Position numbers and translations under genes: made by a program. From the NCBI GenBank assembly GCA_036703985.1, contig DATNQN010000123.1:62816-126815 (forward strand): DNA of 64,000 nucleotides, given 5' to 3'. Shown piece after piece: positions 57,452 through 64,000 of the stretch (position 1 is its first letter; each line of letters begins with the position of its first letter). This DNA comes from Leptolyngbyaceae cyanobacterium (GTDB lineage Bacteria > Cyanobacteriota > Cyanobacteriia > Cyanobacteriales > Aerosakkonemataceae). The notes beneath the pieces are model-generated. The model made no database searches. It had not been told where the DNA came from and saw only the letters and a program-made list of their open reading frames with translations.

Positions 57452-58639
57452 TTAGGCTGTTCTAGATGTCGCTTTATTATTAATGTCGGGAGTTTTGGTA
57501 ACGGGTGGGGTAATTGGTTTGGCAATCAAAAAGCCTTGAGCGAAGTTTGCTCCTCTTTGTCGTACCCATTCTAGTTCTTCTGGATATTCTATTCCTTCAG
57601 CAATAGTTTTGATATCCAAACTTTGAGCGATTTCTAATAGTTTTTCGGTAATCAATGCTTTGTATGAGTCTTGATGTACTTGATGGATCAAGTTTCGATC
57701 CAATTTAATAAAATCAGGACGTAATTCGTGAATGAGGTTTAAGTTGGAATAACCAGTACCAAAATCATCAAGTGCGATTAAAAATCCCGCATCTTGATAA
57801 AATTTCAATATTTTGATTAGATGGTTAATATCTGGTGGTTGTTCGGATTCCATTACTTCAAAAACAACGCGCTCGTGGGGAATGCCTGCTTCGCTAATTG
57901 CACGTACTGTCATGCGTAAGCAGGTAGTCGGATCGTAAACTGCGGTGGGAGAAAAGTTAATAAAAATTAGTTCTTGGATGCGGTGTTCGCTTGCTTCGCG
58001 AATGGCGATTTGCCGCGCTAAGGCGTCTACTTGAAATACCAAACCACTCTCTTGTGCATGAGTAAAGATGCGACCGGGGTTAATTATGTTACCTTGTTCG
58101 TCCAGTCCGCGCAGTAATGCCTCTTGTCCGAAAATGCGAGAAGTGTCATCAGCATATACGATCGGCTGAAAATAGGTGGTCAGCCGTTCTGATTCTAGTA
58201 GATCGAGCAACCATTCCGATTTATGCAGGCTAATAAAGTTATTGAGAGAATTAACCCGAGAAAAATCGCGAAATTCGGGTGGTGCGTCTCCAGGCATCCA
58301 CAATACTTGTGTTTCTTTTAACTCTTTAGAGGTAAATTTTGCTACTGCTGTACTGATAAATAGTTCGATATTATCGGGTTCGAGAATAATTTTCAAGCAC
58401 TGTTCTTCTTCTAAAATTTGATATTCTAAGGCGGCTTTTTCCAAAGCAGGGATTGCTTTGTGAAGGGAATGTCCCACTGGAAACCAGATATATAGAGTAC
58501 CTATGTGTTCTATTTTGCTAGGTAGAGTTTCGCAACGGGTGCAAATTCCCAAACTAGGACTTTTGTCAATCCTCTTCATAAGTAAATTTGTAAGGTTACA
58601 AGGTTCAAAAAGAGTGTTCAATTCTTTGATTGGTAACAC
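57452..58639 (-). CDS. EAL-domain c-di-GMP phosphodiesterase with an N-terminal uncharacterised domain
   Basis: EAL signature FQPIVYADDTSRIFGQEALLRG, plus the downstream DDFGTGYS and EGIE(Y) catalytic motifs. Confidence 0.8.
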   Translation of the reverse strand: MLPIKELNTLFEPCNLTNLLMKRIDKSPSLGICTRCETLPSKIEHIGTLYIWFPVGHSLHKAIPALEKAALEYQILEEEQCLKIILEPDNIELFISTAVAKFTSKELKETQVLWMPGDAPPEFRDFSRVNSLNNFISLHKSEWLLDLLESERLTTYFQPIVYADDTSRIFGQEALLRGLDEQGNIINPGRIFTHAQESGLVFQVDALARQIAIREASEHRIQELIFINFSPTAVYDPTTCLRMTVRAISEAGIPHERVVFEVMESEQPPDINHLIKILKFYQDAGFLIALDDFGTGYSNLNLIHELRPDFIKLDRNLIHQVHQDSYKALITEKLLEIAQSLDIKTIAEGIEYPEELEWVRQRGANFAQGFLIAKPITPPVTKTPDINNKATSRTA

Positions 58640-59192
58640 ATCTATCGCGGGTGGTAAATAAATTTACAGTATACCTATAAACTATACTCTAGGAAATAGG
58701 TTTTTTAATATAGTTCATTAATTTTAGTAATCTTCGATACAAATTAATTTTTAGTTAAGGCTGGCTATTTTACCAGACGCTACACTAGAAGAATAAAAGT
58801 TAAATGAAATTTTAGAAACGACCCTATCTTTATAAATAAGGTGTTAAAATCTATAAATCAATCATAAGGTAGAGCCTAAACGTCATAAAAATAACGTAAT
58901 TAAGTATATACGGAGATAAATATTTACATACGAAATATGTGAATTAACCAATTGTTAACCTGCAAATGTATGAAGAAATTATGAAGAATAAATTGATGTG
59001 AAGGAGTTACCCGCAAAGCTTAATAAATTGCTCGTATAAATAAATTTCCAGCAATTTTTGTGATTTTTTTTATAAAGGCTCTGTTTATATTTCTGTTTTC
59101 AAAAAAGTTAAAAGGAGAACATTTATTTAACACCAGATGAATTAAATGTTCAAACAAGTACAGCCTCCTCGCTTAGATAGGCAAGTGAATCC

Positions 59193-61196
59193 ATGACTGC
59201 TCAACACCTTAGTCTTTACGATCCTTCAACGAATCCTTTATTGGAAAGAGGAAAAGCAAAAGGGTCATCTACCAGAAAAGACGAACTGTGGCCAAACGAG
59301 AGCTATACTCGGCATTTATTGGCTAACATACCGGGTTTGATTTATCAGTTCTTACTCCGTAAGGATGGCTCCCTCAGTTTTCTTTTCCTCAGTCCTACTT
59401 TTCAGGAGTTTTTTGAAGTCGATTCGCCAGAGATGGAAATGGACACTGATACTCTGATCGCGATGATTCATCCAGAGGATCGGCAAGACTTTTACGATTC
59501 AATAGCAACCGCAGCAGGGATGTTGCAATCTTGGCGATGGGTAGGCCGTTTCATATTACCATCGGGTTTAACTAAATGGATTCAGTGGGATGCTCAACCT
59601 TCCTTGCAAAAAAATGGTAATATTTTTTGGAATGGGTTGTTAGTAGATGTGACGAGTCAGCAACAGTTGAATGCTGAAATTGAAAGGCTTTCTTTTTTGT
59701 TTGGGTTGACCGAATTATTGCAAACTTCTACTAATTTAAAAGATATTTCTGAGTTTGCTTTGGCTTATTTGGTGCAATCGACTAACTGTACGTTTGGGGA
59801 TGTAAAAGAGATTGTTGGTATAGATGAAAATTGTCAAGCTTGCCCTTTGACTAATTATATTGCTACGGAACTGGTGACTACTTATGGAAAAAGTGCGATC
59901 GCGTCAGGGTCAGCAAGTTCGGAAAGCGGTATCGTGAAAGGGGAAGGGCTGTTGTGGAAAGTGGTAGAAACTGGTAAACCAGTTTTTATTAAATACAATG
60001 CTAGCGAGCTTGATGATTTGCCAGAGTTTCGTCACCCGGCGGTTGGTGGTATGGGGATTTTTCCTATTACGGCTACCAGCGGGACGGTAATGGGTTTGCT
60101 AACTTTGGAGTGCCACCATTTGGAGCAAATCCAACATTCAGTGCAACAAGAATTACTATTAGCTGCTTGTCGGATTTTGGGAGTGCGGATAGAAAGGGCA
60201 AAAGATCGAGAACGGTTACAAAAAGTCAATGCTGCTCTGGAGTTAAAGTCACGAGAGTTGCAACACAAAGCTGAGGAATTAGAGGAAACTTTACAGGAGT
60301 TGCAACAAACTCAAACTCAACTAGTTCATAGTGAAAAAATGTCTAGTTTGGGCCAGTTGGTGGCGGGAATTGCTCATGAAATTAATAATCCGGTGAATTT
60401 CATTCACGGAAATATATCTCATGCGGCTAGAGATTTCCAAGATATGTTACATTTGCTGCATCTTTATCAAAGGCATTATCCAGATCCGGTGCCGGAAATT
60501 CGATCGGCAATTGAGGAAGTAGATCTGGATTTTGTAAGTGTTGATTTGCCGAAACTTATTTCTTCTATTAAAATAGGGGCCGATCGCATTCGGGATATTG
60601 TTTACTCTTTACGGAATTTTTCTCGTTTGGATGAGGCGGAAAGGAAACCGGTCGATATCCATGAAGGGATTGATAATACTTTGTTGATTTTAAACCATCG
60701 ACTGAGGACGCAACCGAATCGTCCGGAAATTCGATTGATTAAAGAGTATGGCAATTTGCCGTTCGTTGAGTGCTATGCCGGACAACTCAATCAAGTTTTT
60801 ATGAACTTGATCGCTAATGCCATTGATGCTTTGGAAGAGGAACATCAGAGGGAAAAATCTACTACGAAGAATGAAGATTACCCAACTATTCGTATCCGCA
60901 CGGAATTAGTAGATAATTGCCATGTTTCGGTGCGAATTAGGGATAATGGCTCTGGTATACCAGAATCGGTGCTGCCGCGAATTTTCGATCCTTTTTTTAC
61001 TACTAAACCTGTGGGTAAGGGGACTGGTTTAGGTTTGTCGATTTCCCACCGAATTATCATCGAACAACACAAGGGTAAATTGAACTGTATTTCTGCGCCG
61101 GGAGAGGGTACGGAGTTTGCGATTGTGCTACCGCACACGCTACGCGAACGAGATTCCGTTGCGACAGCCGATGTAATAGCGAAGAGGGAACGGTGA
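59193..61196 (+). CDS. Sensor histidine kinase (PAS, GAF, HisKA, HATPase_c)
   Basis: H-box LGQLVAGIAHEINNP. N box (NLIANAIDA), G1 (IRDNGSGIP) and G2 (GTGLGLSIS). The upstream coiled-coil LQQTQTQLVHSEKM is typical of cyanobacterial GAF-HKs. Confidence 0.8.
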   Translation: MTAQHLSLYDPSTNPLLERGKAKGSSTRKDELWPNESYTRHLLANIPGLIYQFLLRKDGSLSFLFLSPTFQEFFEVDSPEMEMDTDTLIAMIHPEDRQDFYDSIATAAGMLQSWRWVGRFILPSGLTKWIQWDAQPSLQKNGNIFWNGLLVDVTSQQQLNAEIERLSFLFGLTELLQTSTNLKDISEFALAYLVQSTNCTFGDVKEIVGIDENCQACPLTNYIATELVTTYGKSAIASGSASSESGIVKGEGLLWKVVETGKPVFIKYNASELDDLPEFRHPAVGGMGIFPITATSGTVMGLLTLECHHLEQIQHSVQQELLLAACRILGVRIERAKDRERLQKVNAALELKSRELQHKAEELEETLQELQQTQTQLVHSEKMSSLGQLVAGIAHEINNPVNFIHGNISHAARDFQDMLHLLHLYQRHYPDPVPEIRSAIEEVDLDFVSVDLPKLISSIKIGADRIRDIVYSLRNFSRLDEAERKPVDIHEGIDNTLLILNHRLRTQPNRPEIRLIKEYGNLPFVECYAGQLNQVFMNLIANAIDALEEEHQREKSTTKNEDYPTIRIRTELVDNCHVSVRIRDNGSGIPESVLPRIFDPFFTTKPVGKGTGLGLSISHRIIIEQHKGKLNCISAPGEGTEFAIVLPHTLRERDSVATADVIAKRER

Positions 61197-61284
61197 GCGG
61201 TAACTAGTTAGTAGTGATACCTTAATAAATGGTGACTGGCGATCGATCGCTGGTAACTGCTTTAGCGATCGCATATTCTCAATT

Positions 61285-63642
61285 ATGACTACTACCACTG
61301 ACTACCTCAGCCATCTCAATATCAGTCAACGCCGCGCCGTGGAACATTTCTGCGGTTCTTTGCTAGTTGTGGCGGGTGCCGGTTCCGGTAAAACGAGGGC
61401 GCTTACTTATCGGATCGCAAATTTAATTTTAAAGCATCAAGTCGATCCGGAAAATATCCTGGCAGTGACTTTTACTAATAAAGCGGCGCGGGAGATGAAA
61501 GAACGGATCGAAAAGTTGTTTGCAGCCAGGATCGCGGAACGCGAGACTGGTAAGGCTTTGGAGTCGCTGTCACCCCAAGAACAAACGAAATTGCGATCGC
61601 AAGCAGCAAAAACATATATCAAACCGTTATGGGTGGGTACTTTCCATAGTTTATGCTCTAGAATTCTCAGATTTGATATTGAAAAATATCAAGACGAAAC
61701 AGGACGCAAGTGGACGCGCAACTTTTCAATTTTTGATGAGTCCGATGTCAAAAGTTTAATTAAAGATATTGTTATTAAACAGTTAAACTTAGACGATAAA
61801 AAATTCGATCCCAACACCGTGCGTTATGCCATCAGCAATGCCAAAAACCAAGGTTTAACACCTCAACAATTTGAACTCGATCAACCTAATTATCGCGGCA
61901 AAGTAATTGCCCAAGTTTACAGCCGATATCAAGCAGCGTTAGCAGAAAATAACGCCCTTGATTTCGATGACTTAATTTTGATTCCCGTTCAATTATTTAA
62001 ACAAAACGAATCGGTTTTAGGTTATTGGCATCGCCGCTTTCAACATATTTTAGTAGATGAATACCAGGATACTAACCGCATCCAATACGACCTAATTCGG
62101 TTACTAGTTACGAACGGAGAAAACCCCAAAAACTTCAAAAACTGGCAAAATCGCTCGGTATTCGTAGTTGGTGATGTTGACCAAGCGATTTACTCCTTCC
62201 GCATGGCAGATTTTCGCATTTTGTTGGAATTTCAAGAAGACTTCGGCGACGGTTTGCCAGATGACGATACCCGCACGATGGTAAAATTAGAAGAAAATTA
62301 CCGTTCTAGAGAAAATATCCTGCAAGCTGCCAATCACTTAATCGAAAATAACACGCAACGGATTGAAAAAATACTGCGTGCAACTAGAGGAGAAGGAGAA
62401 CCAATTTTTTGTTATCGTGCTGATGATGAACTGGATGAAGCAGAATTTGTCATCCAACAACTTCGCCAATTAGAACGACAACAAGCAGATTTAGATTTAG
62501 GTAGTTTTGCGATTCTTTATCGCACCAACGCACAATCTCGTCCGTTTGAAGATGCGCTGTTGCGTTGGGGTATTCCTTACACGATGGTAGGGGGGTTGAA
62601 GTTTTACGATCGCAAAGAAATTAAAGATTCTCTTGCATATTTGCGGTTAGTTGTCAATCCATCCGATACCGTTAGTTTGCTGCGAGTAATCAACACCCCT
62701 CGACGGGGAATCGGTAAAGCTACTATAGACAACCTGATGAATGCAGCGCAAGAATTAGGCGTTCCATTGTGGGAAATTCTCAGCGATGAAACATCGGTTA
62801 ATACTATTGCCGGACGCGCTGCCAAATCAATTACTAAATTCGTCGAATTAATTGAAAAATGGAAACTACAATTAGAAGTACTTTCGGCATCGCAAATAGT
62901 GCAGGGAATCATGGAAGACTCTGGCTATGTTGATGATTTGAAAAAGCAAGGTACTGATGAATCAGAAAATCGATTAGAAAACGTCTTTGAATTGTTTAAC
63001 GCAGTGCTGCAATTTGAAGAAGAAAATGACGAACCGAGTTTAGAAAATTTCTTAGCTAATGCTTCCTTATCTTCCGACTTAGATAACTTAGAAGAAGGAC
63101 AAAAAGCCGTTTCTTTAATGACACTCCACTCTGCCAAAGGCTTAGAATTTCCGGTAGTATTTCTAGTCGGATTGGAACAAGGCTTGTTACCCCACGGACG
63201 CAGTTTAGACGATCCGGCTGGATTAGAAGAAGAACGGCGTTTGTGTTATGTTGGCATCACTCGCGCTCAAGAAAGATTGTACATCACTCACGCACGAGAA
63301 AGACGTTTATGGGGTAATCGAGAAACTGCAATTACTTCCCAATTTTTAGCAGAATTACCAAAAGATTTATTAAGTGGAAAAGTAGGTACGACGATTCGCG
63401 GTGGCGGGACGAGTTTAGGGAGAAAATCACCAACGCCAAAACCATCGGATGAAAGTAACGTTTCTGCCACTCCCGGACAAAATTGGAAAGTAGGCGATCG
63501 CATTATTCACAAAACATTTGGTGTAGGAGAAATCAGCCATATTTTCGGTGCGGGAAATAAACTTTGTTTGGCGGTGAAATTTCCCAGCGTCGGGCAAAAA
63601 ATTCTCGATCCGAAAATAGCACCATTGCAAAAAGTCAAGTAG
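61285..63642 (+). CDS. pcrA: ATP-dependent DNA helicase, PcrA/UvrD family
   Basis: Motif I AGAGSGKT(RAL), motif II (VDEYQDTN), motif III, motifs V/VI (LMTLHSAKGLEFPVVF..; VGITRA), and the C-terminal Tudor-like extension (WKVGDRIIHKTFGVGEI). Confidence 0.9.
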   Translation: MTTTTDYLSHLNISQRRAVEHFCGSLLVVAGAGSGKTRALTYRIANLILKHQVDPENILAVTFTNKAAREMKERIEKLFAARIAERETGKALESLSPQEQTKLRSQAAKTYIKPLWVGTFHSLCSRILRFDIEKYQDETGRKWTRNFSIFDESDVKSLIKDIVIKQLNLDDKKFDPNTVRYAISNAKNQGLTPQQFELDQPNYRGKVIAQVYSRYQAALAENNALDFDDLILIPVQLFKQNESVLGYWHRRFQHILVDEYQDTNRIQYDLIRLLVTNGENPKNFKNWQNRSVFVVGDVDQAIYSFRMADFRILLEFQEDFGDGLPDDDTRTMVKLEENYRSRENILQAANHLIENNTQRIEKILRATRGEGEPIFCYRADDELDEAEFVIQQLRQLERQQADLDLGSFAILYRTNAQSRPFEDALLRWGIPYTMVGGLKFYDRKEIKDSLAYLRLVVNPSDTVSLLRVINTPRRGIGKATIDNLMNAAQELGVPLWEILSDETSVNTIAGRAAKSITKFVELIEKWKLQLEVLSASQIVQGIMEDSGYVDDLKKQGTDESENRLENVFELFNAVLQFEEENDEPSLENFLANASLSSDLDNLEEGQKAVSLMTLHSAKGLEFPVVFLVGLEQGLLPHGRSLDDPAGLEEERRLCYVGITRAQERLYITHARERRLWGNRETAITSQFLAELPKDLLSGKVGTTIRGGGTSLGRKSPTPKPSDESNVSATPGQNWKVGDRIIHKTFGVGEISHIFGAGNKLCLAVKFPSVGQKILDPKIAPLQKVK

Positions 63643-64000
63643 TTTCTTGTTCGTTCGTAGTAAGGACTTTAGTCCTTTCTTTGAGGACTGAAGTCCTCAC
63701 TACGAACGATTGATTATTACAAAAAGCTAAACTTTCCCACAAGAATATATAGATGCGAGTAAAATTATCAAAGTTAAATAAACTAATTAATCTCCTATCC
63801 AGCGACATCAGATGCCTAAATAAATCTCTTTCTTATCTGCGTTAATCTGCGTTTATCCGTCTTACATCTGCGGTAAAAATTTAACCTTTGATTCCCACAG
63901 ATAATGTGAAAGCAACAGTACCACCGATGTAACCGGACACGATATAACTGCGTTAGGGCTTACGCAATGACGCTTTATGTGGCGGAATGGTGCGTTACGT

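Overview
This 64 kb window is from a filamentous, probably heterocyst-forming cyanobacterium (Nostocales-like), judged from very frequent HIP1 octamers (GCGATCGC), STRR-type heptamer arrays, psaC and many cyanobacteria-typical families. About 55 genes can be supported.

Housekeeping genes: glmS, psaC, aspS, metK, smc, a PBP4/DacB-family peptidase and a PcrA/UvrD helicase. An M20 amidohydrolase, a GH63-like hydrolase, an EAL phosphodiesterase and a PAS/GAF histidine kinase are also present.

The accessory content is unusually rich:
1. A remnant cyanobactin (anacyclamide-like) locus. It has a PatA-type subtilisin/DUF protease and a 46-aa precursor-peptide gene that the ORF track does not list. 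No PatD, PatF or PatG is present in the window.
2. A full-length, 893-aa eukaryote-like major vault protein (MVP). Downstream sit an Arg-rich small protein and a retropepsin-like aspartic protease.
3. Two paralogous NACHT NTPases with a polytopic membrane region inserted before the winged-helix domain. One paralog is fused to a Hanks Ser/Thr kinase. They flank an Uma2 nuclease gene and a CAP-RTX secreted protein gene.
4. A truncated HTH-NB-ARC STAND protein with direct-repeat operator-like sites.
5. A solo IS605-family TnpB element that has disrupted a DUF1232 gene.
6. HicAB and DUF433/DUF5615 toxin-antitoxin pairs.
7. Tandem WD40 proteins.
8. Several families of dispersed hairpin/MITE-like repeats, some of them in-frame inside coding sequence (smc, WD40, glmS).

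No rRNA, tRNA or CRISPR array could be recognised by eye.
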